From the NCBI RefSeq assembly GCF_009914755.1, contig NC_060934.1: a stretch of 64,000 bases of DNA, one strand, 5' to 3'. Positions 12,826-27,856 of this stretch are shown one piece after another (the first letter of the stretch is position 1; every line of letters begins with the position of its first letter). Under the pieces are notes generated by a model, which was given only the letters and a program-made list of their open reading frames with translations, was not told the DNA's origin and ran no database searches. This stretch comes from the human T2T-CHM13v2.0 reference genome, Homo sapiens. A program made the position numbers and the translations under genes.

Positions 12826-13780
12826 TATTCTTTTCCCCAAGTGCTACTAGATAAAAGTATGTCTGTCTGTCTGTCTGTCTGTCTGTCTTTGGGTGGGACT
12901 TTTCTAACTTCATACTGATGCAAATGAACAAATTGTGTACCTAAAGTGTGGCGAAATGATAGGTATAAGGAGAGAAAGACAAGTGCCCACCAGCCCTGGC
13001 CCCAAATCTTAGCTTTAACACCAACTAACTGCATGACATTAGACATGGGCCTCAGTTCCCTCATCTGTAAAATGGACAATAGTGGCTTCACGTACTGATT
13101 GGATCAGTTTGTGTTCTGGAGGGTAAGACAGGGCCTGCTTCTGCTGCAACACTCGCCATCACTGCTTCACAGGCCCGGCCCACAGGAAGGAGCTTATCCA
13201 GGCTGTGGAGCCCACAGTGTATCTCTAAGTGTCTTCTAAATCTCTTGGCCTCACCTCAACTTTGATTCCCTCGGAAAGATTCTTTTCAAAGACCCTGTTT
13301 CTTGTGATATTCTTTGTGGCACACTCCTTCGTGGCCCATTTTCATGGAATGAACACAATGAAGACAGGAAAGGAATCAAGAGTAGAAAAGGCTGAAAATG
13401 CCTGAAATAATCAATTTGCAAATTTTTATGTAGAAGAAGCTCATTTCTTCATTAAGAAAGACATTTACAGATATGAAAATACAACCTAAATTTTCTATTT
13501 TTGTTCATTTACTATTTAAGGTCTTTTTAAAAATAATGCCACTGTTTTATGAGAACGCATGGGATGATTTATTACACAAGGTCAAAGTATTTTCACCAGA
13601 GGAGAGGCCACTGAACTGCAGAAACTCTACTTGAACTTTTCTCACAATGTAATTAATACCCACTCCTAGTTTAGAAAAAATAACTAGCATGCTTTAGTGT
13701 GTTCCTAATAATGAAATACACCTAACTTGTGGCTGGAGCTTGACTCCTTTGAATTGTGGTGTGGTGCGTTTGGGTTTGTA

Positions 13781-13879
13781 CCCAAGTTCCTGATAGTGTA
13801 GACAGAGCTGTTAAACCATTTGAGGCCCAAGCTCCTGATAGTGTAGACAGAGCTGTTAAACCATTTGAGGCCCAAGCTC
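13781..13879. repeat. 45-bp tandem duplication (2 copies plus a partial)
   Basis: cccaag(t/c)tcctgatagtgtagacagagctgttaaaccatttgagg x2, one mismatch. Confidence 0.95.
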
Positions 13880-14049
13880 TCTCATCTAGGCAATGGTGAC
13901 TGTAGTGAAAATAAATTGTAGCCTAAAAATGTTTTACACACACACACAAAAAGCACTGCAAGATGAAGCTATGTGATTTTAAAATGTAAGAAGTGTAATT
14001 TCATTTGTTCATTCAATACATATGTACTAAGAATCTCAAATCATAAAAA

Positions 14050-14786
14050 TTCATTACTTACCCATGATGTAAAAATCTTTGTGACTTTGGGTTAAGTAAA
14101 TATTTCTTAGAGCCAATATCAAATGTACCATACATAATAAAGAAAAAAAAATTGATGAATTAACCTCTGCAAATTTAAAAATTTCTGCTTTTCAAAAAGA
14201 ATGTCTTCTCAGTAATGAGAATGAAAGACAGTTCACAGACTGGGAGAAAATACTTGCAAATCATATCTAATAAACAACTTGTATCCAGGATGTATCATGA
14301 ACTCCCAATGTGCAATAATGATACGGGCGGGAAAGTGTATAAGAAAGAGATGGTTAAAAAGTTAAACAGATACTTCCGCAACGAAGATGTACAGATGGTA
14401 AATAAACACATAAAATGACATCATTAGCCATTAGTGACATGCAAATTAAAACCACAATGAGATACTACTATACATCTATTAGAATGCCTCAAATTGAAAA
14501 AAAAAAAACTGACCATACCAGTGTTGGTGAGGATGTGGAGCAACCAGAATGGTAAAAATGTGAAATAGTGAAATCGCTATGGAAAATATTTCAGCAATTT
14601 CTTAAGACGTTAAACCACTAAATGACCCAGCCAGTGTACTTCTACGTATTTATCCAAGAAAAAGCAAAGCATATGTTCATACAAAGATTTGTACACAAAA
14701 GTGTGTAGTAGCTTTATTATGATAATAGCCAAACACCAGAAATAATCTAAATTTCTATCAACAGGTCAACAGACAAGAAAATTGTG

Positions 14787-14818
<32 letters not shown>

Positions 14819-15197
14819 GAATACTATTTAGTAATTAAAAAGAAATGAACTATTGATACATGAAACTATGAGAATAAATTTTAAAACAATTATTCTGAGA
14901 GCAAGAAGCCATACCAAGTAAATCAATAAATCAAAAGTATAGAAATAACAAAAATTCAAATCATTGTATGTACTTGAAAGCAGGTAAGTATTTGCTTGGG
15001 AATGGAGACAGGAAGGAGGGATGATGAGGAGGGCCTGCAAGCAGGATTACCAATGGGCATAAGGAAATTTTTACAATTGATCAATATGTTCATTTTCCTG
15101 ATGGTTTCAAGGGTATATGCATATATCAAAATTATCAGATCGTACATTTTATATATGTGCAATTTATTGTGTATTATGTAATAAAGCTGTTAAAAAA
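14050..15197 (+). mobile_element. Old L1M (MC/ME-like) 3' portion
   Basis: cagactgggagaaaatacttgcaaatcatatct; atgcaaattaaaaccacaatgagatac; ends aataaagctgttaaaaaa. Confidence 0.85.
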
Positions 15198-15199
15198 CA

Positions 15200-15900
15200 A
15201 ATTGATCATATTTGCTTGTGTCTACTTCTGAACTTTCTTTTCTGTTCCATTTATCTATGTACCTATCTCCCAATACCACAGTGTCTTTGTTTTTGGTAGC
15301 TTTAGAGTGAATCTTGGAATGTGGTAGTATGAATTCTACAACTTCATTTTTTTTTTTTTTAGACAGAGTCTCCCTCTGTCACCCAGGCTGCAGTGCAGTG
15401 CCGTGATCTCAGCTCACTGCAACCTCTGCCTCCTGGCTTCAAGCGATTTTCCTGCCTCAGCCTCATGAGTAGCTGAGACCACAGGCATGCACCACTATGC
15501 CCAGCTAATTTTTGTATTTTTAGTAAAGACAGGGTTTCACCATATTGGCCAGGATGGTCTTGAACTCCCGACGTCAGGTGATCTGCCCTCCTTGGCCTCC
15601 CAAAGTGCTGAGATTACAGGCGTGAGCCACCACACCTGGCCATACAACTTCATTCTTTTTCAAAATAGTTTTGGTTGTTTTATTCCCTTTGCCTTTCCAT
15701 ACATATTTTAGAGTATAGATTTTTTTTAAAGGGAAAAATATTCTGCTAGGATTCAAATCAGGATTGTTTCAAATCTATAGATCATTTTGGTAATAATTGA
15801 CATCTTAAAAACTGAGTCTTTCAATCCATAACTATGCCATATCTTTAATTTATTTAGGTCTTCCTTGATTTTTTATCAGTGTTTCATGTATTGATTTTTA
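15200..15900 (-). mobile_element. Old L1M ORF2 fragment (host of an Alu)
   Basis: ttctgttccatttatctat; caacttcattctttttcaaaatagttttgg; aattgacatctt. Confidence 0.75.
15347..15641 (-). mobile_element. AluS
   Basis: Full dimer; TSD tacaacttcatt. Confidence 0.95.
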
Positions 15901-16574
15901 AAAATCATATGTGTGAAAAGATTATATTACTTATAAGTTTCAGTTCAGGATAGCAAATATGGTTTTATAAAGTAGTCATTATTGGAACCTATTAAGTCTA
16001 ATAGATTTGAGAACCTGACCTAAAGAAGTGCTACATAAAAGAGAAGACTGACTTTCAGAATACACCAAGACTCAAGGGTTGGTGAAAAGAGAATGATTCA
16101 ATGAAAGGTGCTGAGAAGATAAGAGGTGGGAGAAAAATATGGAGAATGAAAGTCAATAAGGCCAAATGAAGAAAGAGAACATTTATAAAGGAGAGTACAT
16201 TCAACTGTCTCCAATGCTATTACATCACATAAAATGAGGAGAATTGAACTTCAGGTTTAATAATATAGAAGTTGTTCTTGTCAAGAACTATTTCAATTTA
16301 TGGGGGTGTCAGGGCTGGGGTGGTGAGAAAGCCTGATTGGAGTGAGTTAACAGAGAAAAAAAGGAGAATTGGAAATAAGTTGAGGCATTTTGATGAAAAG
16401 GGAGAAAAGAAATAGGGTGGTAGGTGTAGGAGCAAAGGAAAAGTCAATAATAGATGCTTAAGGGGGGAATATCATAGGTGTGGAAAATCTTACATGTATA
16501 CTAACAGGAATGCCACAGCAGAGAGAGAAACATTCCAGTTGCAGGAGAAAGGAGTGAGCATCGCCGTAGTAATG

Positions 16575-16890
<316 letters not shown>

Positions 16891-17286
16891 TAATATGTGT
16901 GAGAGTTTTGGATCTAAGGGCAACAGGAGAAGAGAACTTCGCATAGAAAATGGCAGTGTTCATCCATTATAACAGCAAAGAAGAAAAAAATATGGATCTA
17001 GAAGGAGGTGGATATGTAGGTTTGAAGGTGAGATGATGTGCTAACATTTTGATTACTACCATTTTGTTAGTGAAAAAGTAAAAACACGGACTAAGGGAGG
17101 CTGAGGGAGGAGGCATGGTGAAACATCCCTCTGGAAGGATGGTGCGGTAATTGGCTTTGAAGGTGTAGTAAGATTGCCTTGACAGTAGTGAAGGCAATCT
17201 TCAAATCACTTGGAGTTTGAAGTAATAAATTTCAAGAGACACCATGAAGATGGCTGTGTTTTTCTCCAACCATTTTCATCTAGCTC

Positions 17287-17541
17287 TTTTTATTAAAATA
17301 ATTTCAACTTTTATTTTAGATTCAGGACATACTGTTGCAGGTTTGTTACCTGGGTATATTATACTGGGTGATGCTGAGGTTTAGGGTATGATTGATTCCA
17401 TCACTCAGGTACTAAGCACAGTACCCAACAGTTCTTCATCCCTTGACCCACCCCACCCCCAGTAGTTCCCAGTGTCTGTTGTTGCCATCTTTATGTCCAT
17501 CAGTATCCTTTGTTTAGATCCCCCTTTTAAGTAAGAACATG
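17287..17541 (-). mobile_element. L1PA/L1PB 3'-end fragment
   Basis: ttcaacttttattttagattcagg...gtttgttacctgggtatatt...taagtaagaacatgc; TSD-like ccaac(ca/tc)ttttcatct. Confidence 0.85.
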
Positions 17542-19419
17542 CCAACTCTTTTCATCTCTAAGGTACAGGTACTGAATTGGTAGAAAATAAGGAAAACCAG
17601 GGTTTGAGTTTTCCAGGGAAATACAATGAAAGGTATAGGGCTAGAAACTCTGTGGCGTTGTGTATGGGAGTGACTATAATGAAGGACTTTTGAATCCAAG
17701 TTGTATAAGGCTTAAAGTAAGAACAGGAAGATGATGGACAATGCAAAGGTTAGAACCAACGCACTGGATCCTTGTGGGTGAAAATAGTAGAAAGAGGAAG
17801 TTGAAAGTATAGGAGGAGATAGAGTAGGATATTAATCAGTAATGTCTAGGGTGCCCATGAGAATGAGTGGCTGAAGTTGGGGTAGAAAATAAAATCACTG
17901 GAAGTGAGGAGGTCAGGGACTGAGAGGTCAAGGTATTGGAAAAATCACCTATGGGTACAAAAAATCATCAAGAGTAACTTCAGAAACTGGAATGTGGAGT
18001 ATGAATGTGAGCCAGGTACTGTGTCTGACATCATTGGAGGGGCTATGGATAGATGACTGAAATAAGGAGGGAGAGCAGGTACTTCAGAGGAATTTGCCTT
18101 GTTTTGTTAAAGGAAGGAGTAGGAATAATGATGATTCTGAAAGTGGCTACAGAACATCTACCACCTCCTGGCCTGACCTTATTTAAATATGGTGAAAAAA
18201 TAGCCACTGTTTACCTTAAATATCTCCTTCTGAAAATATAGGGAACTGTGCAATATCTTTTGGAAGGATTATTATAAACAGTTTGAGAACACCATAATAC
18301 TTGAAGAAATACACTTCAGTTATTTGCAGATTTGTTATGTGGAAGCTTCTAATATGTTATCTGCTATTTATGGCTTCATCTCAAATGGGTAATATCATAT
18401 TTCAAAAACTCAGATCCTTGAGCACTTTTTTGAAAGCAAGGTCTCTACAAAAGCTATATGGAAAAAAGTAAAAATTAGCCTGGAAAAGCTACATAGCACA
18501 TATTTGTGTAGTAACTGAGCACAGGTCTGATTAATCCTCCTACTTAAGATTAGGCAAATTTACTTAGAGCTAGAAACTAGAAATTAGGGATAAACACACT
18601 GACATGTTTGGATAAGGCCAGAGTGCTAGATGTTGCCATTTTTCAAAGAAGATTTACTAATTTTATTATCCCCAAGAAACATATTCAAAACCAATTATTA
18701 CATATGCAAATGTACATATTATTACCAATAATAACAGGGTAAAAACTTAATAGTATCCCCTCTGGGGAAAAAATGAATGGGAAGTTCATGGGAAAGGGAC
18801 ATTATAAATAGGCATTCCTCCTAAGACTTTTCACCCTCTTTGGTACATTATAAAGAAAAAAAATAGCAGGGAGAAAATGACAACGAATTAATGTGAAATT
18901 CTGATTTAGGATGATGAAAATCCAGCTAAACGGAAATAAAACAGCATATTCAAGTTCATCTAAAAGCTGAACTAAAACTACTAGATCTGTGAAAAGAGTT
19001 TCAACATTAACTAGTGAAATGTTGTTTACAACACATAGTAGAAGATATGCATTCTTTTGCATAATTTCTGTCATAGAAGCAAACAGTTTGTTTACACTTG
19101 AAATAAAATCAGTTGACATTGATCACCAAGGAAGCTCATGAATAAGACAAGATTGCTTAGGATACGAAACCATTCTCCAAACGATAACATCATAATTTAA
19201 AGTGGAAGATGGCAATACTCTAGGACTGCCCAGCGGGCTCTACCTAGAAGAGGTAACGGATGAAAGAAAAAAAAAAGAAACATTTTAGGGATTTTAAAAC
19301 TCGCATATGCTGCTTGTCCTGCTGCCTCTGTTCTGATCCACAGAATTAAATATCCACATTGTCTAACTTGTTCTGACATTGCTGCCCCATAAAGCCATGG
19401 ACTATGACAAGACAGAATT

Positions 19420-19815
19420 TCTTGGTGCCCTGTGTGAGTTAATCTGAGGTTGGAGCATGTGGTTGATTGTACTGTGACTTCCCTGTATCCACACCCTTCT
19501 TCAGTGTCCTCCCACTCTGACTCTGGATTCAGCAACGGTAGCAAACTTAAACAGAAACTTGAAACCTGTTTGCATGTTTTCAGCTTCTTCTTCTGGACTC
19601 CTAACTACAACTCAGAGAAATGCCTGGGCTAGCCTGCTGAAATATGAGACACATCGTCCTACCCGCACCCCCAGATGACCTGCCAGCTGATTCTAGAGAC
19701 ATAAGTCTAGCCAAGATCAGCAGAACTGCCCAGCCAACTTGCAGATCCATCCAAATAATAAAGGGGGTTAAGACTTACGCTGCCACTTCGGGGTGTTATG
19801 CAGCAATAATTGTGG
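19420..19815 (+). mobile_element. Old MLT1 (H/J-like) LTR
   Basis: gcctgggctagcctgctg...ccaagatcagcagaactgcccagcc...tgttatgcagcaata. Confidence 0.65.
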
Positions 19816-21637
19816 ATAGAGTGGTCAGGCTAGTCCATGATTTAGATTGATTATCCCCTCCACCTCTGACATAACTTGGGTGGGTCAGGGCCAACCACTA
19901 TGAAGAGTGGAAACTGAGAGTTAAAACGAGTAAGAATGAAAAGTTATGGTATTACAGTTTCTTTATGAATTTATAAATATGAGGATGTTCTTTGAACTGG
20001 ATTCAAGCCTCGAAAGCTATAAACTAGGTCTATTTACCTGAAGTCTATGATCTTTAAAGTGTATGAGGTGAGACTGGTTACTCCTCCGTGCACTATCTCC
20101 ACAAGATGCTTCCACACTCATCATTTTCCTTGAGTCCATTCCAAGGCACTTTAACAATTTATGTTAACTTTCATTAAATAATAATTTTAAAGACCTTCCT
20201 AGCTCCTCTTAGAAAGACTTGGTTTTCAACATTTCTTGGCATTTGAGCCAATTGTACCATGTCATTTACGCCCAAAGCACCTCTAGAATGTTGTCAGATG
20301 ACAACTACAATGTAATTAACAAGCATACGCAGATTATTTTCTTAGGTTGGCAAAGTAGTAACTATTTACACAGAAATAAAAAAAGGCCAATGGCACAAAT
20401 AATAGAAAATAACAAGTTTATCATTACAGGACTCCCAAAACTTGTTGCAGGAGGCATGGTTTAATGCCCTTGACATTAACTTTCCAATGAACTTTTTCTT
20501 CCAACTAAGAGTGGCCAGCGTTATATTAAGCCATTTCTGGCTGTATTTTCTTCACATTCTAAGCCCATTTCCTTTTCTGTTGCCAGCACTCTCTCTTGGC
20601 TTTCCAACAGCTCTGGTTGGGCCTCTGTTCAAGTGGTAGTGCACACCCTACCTCCAAGGAACTTGTTGCAAATCTTGTTAGTCAAAAGTGTGGTCCATGG
20701 ACCAGCATCAGAGTCCAGTCCAGTCTACTTAATCAGAATCTGCATTTGAACAAAATCCCCACGTGATTATTTTTACTTATTTTATAATTATTTTCACTTT
20801 TTATTCTTTCTCTTTAGCTTTTATTTAGTCTTTACACTTAGCTATAACTTGGGGACTGTGGCAGTGGGGTTCCATGTTATTCTTTTCAGCAGTTAGGCAG
20901 CTTATCTTAATCAGGAGGGAAAAAACTACTAGATCACATAGTATTGCTCCTCCCCATAGCATTCACAAAGAAGCAGGCATTAAGGTGGAATTCAATACAA
21001 CCTTCTTTAGCACTATGATGTTATAAACCACACTCTCTTCTTCCTCTTGCATGCTATAGAATGACTTCTCTGTCTTCACAACCCTGCTGGATATTGAGAA
21101 GTCAATCATAATTCCACTATTTTATCCCACACTGACATGTTTTTTTTCTCTTCCAGCCAGTATATATCTTGATAATAGGTACTGAATCCTTTTTAACTAA
21201 TAATGAAAATAATAACTTGGTCACTAATTTCTGAAATTTCGAATACATGCAAAAAAAAAAAAAAAAAAAAAAAAAACCTTACCTACTTAAGCTTAAGTTA
21301 CTGCATTTTCATAGCCATATCAATTTGTTTCTCCTATGGCCCACTTCTCCCTTCTAGGTTGATTCCAAAGATTTGTTTATGTGACAGAAAAAATAAATAT
21401 CCATGGAAAATGGTTTACATACTTTATCATTTCCAATGTGTACACTTAAAAAAAAAATCCCTTCCCCAATTTGTCTGAAAGCATGGATCTTTCCACTGAT
21501 GCACTTTGTCATCTTTGATTCCCCAGTGATTCCTATAGTTTCTGATACACAACATTCAATATCTGTTGAATGAATGAGTTATTTTTAAACCACGTTAGCA
21601 TGTTACAATTAATGAAAAAAGTTCCAATGCAAAACAT

Positions 21638-21643
21638 TTTAAT
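21638..21643 (-). terminator. IPMK: Distal polyadenylation signal ATTAAA of IPMK
   Basis: + strand tttaat; about 20 nt downstream the minus strand reads TTTTTTCATTAATTGT (U-rich downstream element). Confidence 0.7.
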
Positions 21644-22714
21644 AGGTTGTCAAATATACAGTTATTAGAATTATGTAAATATCACTTATAAAAATTGGTA
21701 TATCACATTAGATGATTCTATAAAATAAAAACACAAATCACACATTGACAATAACCCCTGCAGTCCAAGTATACCCCCACAATAGTACAAATTACAAACA
21801 CATTTAAAAAAAAACCCTAAAGACATTTATACATTTAAACCAAAGTAACTGTGACTAAATACATTCATTCATCAAGTACAATAAATTTAGCATTGCTGCT
21901 TATAGTCACTAATAACACAATTTTAGGTGCAATTTCACATGCTTTCATAAATCTTCCAGTACAGTTCCCATAGTAAAGTGTCTTTGTGCACGCCATTTTC
22001 ATTTATATGCAGGTGCATCATACATCATACTTAAAACTATTTCACTTTACAAACTGTTAAATTATATTTAAGTGGACAGTAGGTAAAAAATTTAAACTTT
22101 GATGACAAAATCTAAAATTAAAGAAAAGTCTTAAAAGCCTATAGTGACTTGTTTACTTGCATAAATAATATTTTCACTTAGTACAGGCTATTAATATAAG
22201 TAATGAGAATTTAAGTATTAACTCAAAAAAAGATAGAGGCTCCAAACTTTTCTAAGAAATTAATGCATTTTCAAAGTAATAATATAATCAATCTGTAAGT
22301 CAAAAGTAATTTCATATTCATTGCCAAATTTAAAATACCAGTGATGTTAAGATTGAGGCCTAAAACTGTTGTACTAAATTGTAAAATACAGTAAAGAAGA
22401 TGCAGCTCATTTGCTTGGGAATATGTAATGGAATGTTTTTCACAGTAATGTTTATGTTAAACATTACTTTAAATGGACAGTCTAAATAAATGTACCTTTG
22501 CCAGCAAGGAAAGTGAAAAATTAAGGCTTTTTTATGCTATCTGTAACTAATACCCAAACTTAAATAGAGGTTACAATACTGTAAAATATTACTTCTAACT
22601 TCAACTATTGTTAGATGCTTCATTTCAACCCCACACTTATTATCTTATTTAGATGCCTATTTTTCTATATCTCTATTTTAATTAAGTCCCCAATCCCACC
22701 CCATCCAAAGAGAA

Positions 22715-22820
22715 TGCTGAAAATGGTTAGGGCCTTATCCGTTTGGTTCACAGTTGTAATACTGGGGGCTAAAAATGCTTAATACATGGCATAAATCCAA
22801 GGAATATTTTTGAATGAACT
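22715..22820 (+). mobile_element. L2 3'-end fragment inside the IPMK 3' UTR (antisense to the mRNA)
   Basis: gggccttatccgtttggttcacagttgta...aatatttttgaatgaac. Confidence 0.5.
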
Positions 22821-25800
22821 AAGAAGCCTGGCCTCCAAAGGCAACCCTACTTGTTTTTCCAAAGCATTAACAGATAATTGTTACCTCTTTAAATAATCAG
22901 ATTGACAATTATTAAAAAGGAATCGATGTTTCCTAGGCTATGAAAACATCAAAAACATGTAATAGAAAGGGTAACTGAGGGTACAAACATATCAAATCAA
23001 GACTAAAGGCACTGGAGAAAGAAGGTAAGCATTATAAACAATTTTTAAAGCAAAACAAGTTTTAAAGTATAAAATGCCAAACTACTAAGAGAAAATGTAC
23101 TAAAATGACAATGCTTTACCATAGTGGACACAATTCCTGTAATTTCATAAACAGAATTCTTTCGTTGTTCTATCGTTTTCTTTCATCCTACATCTTCTAT
23201 AATATTCCAACCCCTAGAAACAAATGTATTTTCAGTAGCATGAAACAAAAAATTGCAACTGAAGTATCTGTGGAAATTCCTTTTTCTTAAATGATGTTAT
23301 AAATTTGATACATAGACTTGATAGACATAAGAACATCATCTTGGAAATCATAAAATACTAAATTATGCTCAATCAAAATACAGACGAAGCTTCTTCAGTT
23401 AAACAGTTTAGAGCCCCATAAGAGCAAACTGTAGTGTAAAGAGGAAAAGTAAGTACAATCTTTCCAGACACACAACTAATAATGAATACTGAGTTGAAAT
23501 ACCACAAGCTCCACATTAGAGCCATTTAATATACACATTTCCATAACTGTTTCTTGAAAAACTATTTAGATAAAATATTTAGCATTTATCATTGATTTTA
23601 ATTTATTTGAATCTATGCAATGTCTATCCATATTAAAATATCAATTAATGTAAATATTATAAAACTATTATACAATTTAAATTTTTATTAGAGAAAGGTA
23701 TTATTCACATCCACAATTTCTTAAAGTCCTTTTTAAATGAGTGTATTCCATAAGAAATACACTAAAATCATTACTTATGTTTCATAGGGGAAAAAAAACT
23801 ATGAGAATCCTATTAACCCAAACTATATCCGCATTATGCTTATTTCTTAAGCATTTACATGTTCAAATATACTTGGTGAATAGCGATCATTCATCCCCAC
23901 AGTGGTAAATTTCAGCATAATATTAAGTGACCGAGAGAGACTAAGATAGTCACATGTAGATTAGATAAACAGATACTTATTCTGTTATACCTAAGCCTAC
24001 TTATAAAGCAACATAAAATGAGCATTGGATAACAATGATAACAAATGTAAACAAACAGAATTAAATGTTAATCCCTTCCCTGAAAAACAACAGATAAAAG
24101 GGCTTCTTGCTTTATTAAAAACAAAACATGATCTATTGTATCAAAAAGGTAAGACATTGATTTTACAAAATTGTATTTCCAAATGCAGATAAAAAAATCT
24201 TGAACATTAAGATTTTATTGAGCTAAAATGTGCAAAAAATCTGACAATACTTAAGTTTATTAAATTCATTGTACATAGGTTGATATCATCCCATACAAAA
24301 AAAGCCTCAGTATCTTGTTAAGATTCAAAATAGTGTTTAATTATCTGAGCTTAAGATTTATTGAACCACTATCCAAATAACAACAAAATCCATATTGTAA
24401 AAGAAAAAAGTAAAACTAAAAATTCTGATTATTATGACTTGAAATTCATTCCTGTTAAAACATAAAACTATAGCCAATATCCATTCAAAAAGTGAAGAAA
24501 AATTGGAAGTCCCTATGATAAATACACCAATTCTAAATAAAAAATTAAAATCAAATTTTGCTATTACAAAATGAACATGATCTTTTAAATTATTCAGGTT
24601 TAATAGATTTACTAAGGATAGAGTTCATAGAGCATTTAGTTGGTACTTCTGTTTGGACTCAGGTATTTGCAAAGTGCCCTCAGAGAAGGCTGAGAAGGTA
24701 AAATAAACATAAAATTGTGATAATTTTCTCCACACCACAATAAAGGTGCTCGGATTTAAAAATTCAATTTGTAACTCCAGAAGAAAAAGAGGAGAAAGAA
24801 TTTACAACCCCAAAATATTTTCCAGGAATATGACAAAACTGATAACTACCTAGAAATGTTATTAGTGAATGGAAGTGCAAGTAATGGCAGCATTAACATC
24901 AAATGTATTTGAAGACTCAAAGTTTTAAATGTTTTAAATGACAAATAACTAGTTGATTTTTTTTTAAGGTGGTGGGTGTGAAACAAAGATAATACAAATC
25001 TAATTTTTCCAGGAACTGTAGCACTGCCCCTGTCCCCATGAAATTAAGTTACAATTTCACTGGTCAACATAATATAAAACTGTTTTGAGGAAGAGTGAAA
25101 TAGAAGCATGAATATAGATACGCACCAAACCCTATATTACGGACTAATTTACACACAGTATTTTTGATAACAACCTAATTAGATATTGTCTTTCATTGCT
25201 TACTATAATTCTGAGAAACTGTTTTTAACAACATACATTTACACTACCACTTAACTAAATGGGGACATATAAATACATAAATTTTTAAAGAAAAAAATTC
25301 AAGTTATTTAGAGGAGAAATAAAACTTCAATTATTTACTTTTTTGAAGCTGCATTTAGATACAAAGGTATATGGTTTATGATACTTTCACAATGTAATAA
25401 ATTTATATTCCAATTTTCTCATGAATGAAAGATTGTAAAGGAAAATATTTTGTTCCTTGAAAATAATATCTCTCTTCCCCTAACCCCAGTAAGGACAATT
25501 AGTGTGCCCTTAATTTCAAGACTTTGTTGTTGTCATCCACATCAATTGTCTTTTTCATGAAGTATAATATTTTGAGAGAGAGATGTAAAAATTAAAGAGA
25601 AAACCTGCTTTTGGAATGCAACAATTCTAAATCATTTCACTAAGGAGCACCCTTTGATATGCTGGTCTGAACTTTTAATATAAAACCTAAACAGTACTTA
25701 TTTCTGAAGTAGAATTTTCTCCAGTTTTAGTAACTTCATACATAGCAATACTAAGGACATCAACCTGTGCTTTCGAGATTTTGGTAGGTGTTCTAATAAT

Positions 25801-26180
25801 GTAATATTTTAGATATGGCTCATTGTCAAGGCTGGGTGGACAGAGATTTCATGAATTGGCTACAGAAAGCTAACTAAACTCTTAATGACTGAATAATGGT
25901 TTGCATTTTGCTTGAGCCAAAAAAGATGTTTAAGCCATGTACCACCACATTCCCTGCTTAACATTCCTAAGTTTCTTTATTCTTCATAGTTTTCTAATGA
26001 ACAAATAGTTAGTTTTCCTGAGTAAGATTATAAAAAAGTTAACCATTCTTCCAAAAGTATAAAGACAAATAAAATGTCGACTCATAATACAAATTTTTTA
26101 CATAGCATTAAAGGTGCAGATATTGACTGCCCCTCTTCATTATGATTGGCCCACCCCTTAAAAAGACTGCAACAGAGGAT

Positions 26181-26803
26181 TCAATTGTCTAAAATACTTC
26201 GAAGTACAGAAATTAAATGCTTTAGCCCATAAACATATCCCTCATCTATTGTGTTGCTAGGGAACACATGAGCAAAATCTATCATTCGCACTTCTACTTC
26301 AGCAATCTCTTGGCAACCAGTGGGAAGATGGTAGAAAACTTTTTCCAGTTGGGAAAGTACATTTCCATTTAAATGTTCCTGTGACATGCTTTTCCACCCA
26401 TTGTCTTGCTCCAGATTTTCAACTTTCAATGAAGTCTGACTGTGATGCTTTTTTGTATATATTTTCCTGTGACGCGCATACATCTTGGACAAGCTTTTGC
26501 CCACTGAAGACTCTATTTTTCCATTAGCTGTGGAACTTAACACATGAAAGTTATTATTGTACTCTAGTACTTCTGTGTCTGACAGTTGTCCTTTGGACAA
26601 AAACTTTTCTGCCAAAGTTCTGTCATTCAATTTTGTAGTGGTTGGCTGAGATGAACCTTCATAAACAAAGAGTAATGAACTTGCGTAAAAATTAAGCTGC
26701 TTCTGGTTTTCAAACCACTGCAGAATTTTCTCAATCTTCTGAATACTGGCAGCAACAGCATCTTTTCTTAAGCAGTACCCATTATGAAAAAATCTGGAGA
26801 CTC
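26181..26803 (-). CDS. IPMK: IPMK last coding exon (623 nt to TGA): SSLL and IDF motifs, basic NLS-like RHRKIYTKKHH
   Basis: tttttatag|GAGTCTCCAGA...; translates (G)VSRFFHNGYCLRKDAVAASIQKIEKILQWFENQKQLNFYASSLLFVYEG...RMIDFAHVFPSNTIDEGYVYGLKHLISVLRSILDN*. ORF-track entry 26181..26630 is its 3' part. Confidence 0.98.
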
Positions 26804-27123
26804 CTATAAAAAGAAAAATATGAGCGTTATAATCAAATTATGAAATAACTATTATTTGGGAAGTAAACTCATCACAGAATTCTCCAATATTTTCCCCATC
26901 ATCCCTTAGAATTAAGTGAACAGTTAATCCTAGAATTCTAAGAATTCTAGTCAGATATAGAAGTCTGACCTCAGCTTGATTTTTGGTGAAGATGCTCTTA
27001 TTAGAAAACATTTAAATGACACTAATATAATATGAAATATCCTATTTAGACAAAAGGAAATTTATTACAGGTAGACTGGTAGTTTACTTCTCTCACTATA
27101 TTCTCTTAAGAAACAGGATTCCA

Positions 27124-27790
<667 letters not shown>

Positions 27791-27856
27791 AAATAGGATT
27801 CAAGACTTGCTCTATTTGCTATCTTGAGCAATTTTACAGTAAAATTACTTGTTCGG

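Larger units (their letters stand above)
21620..26180 (-). other. IPMK: IPMK long AT-rich 3' UTR (~4.56 kb)
   Basis: Almost repeat-free AT-rich tract from the stop codon to an ATTAAA signal followed by a U-rich element. The exact end is inferred. Confidence 0.8.
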
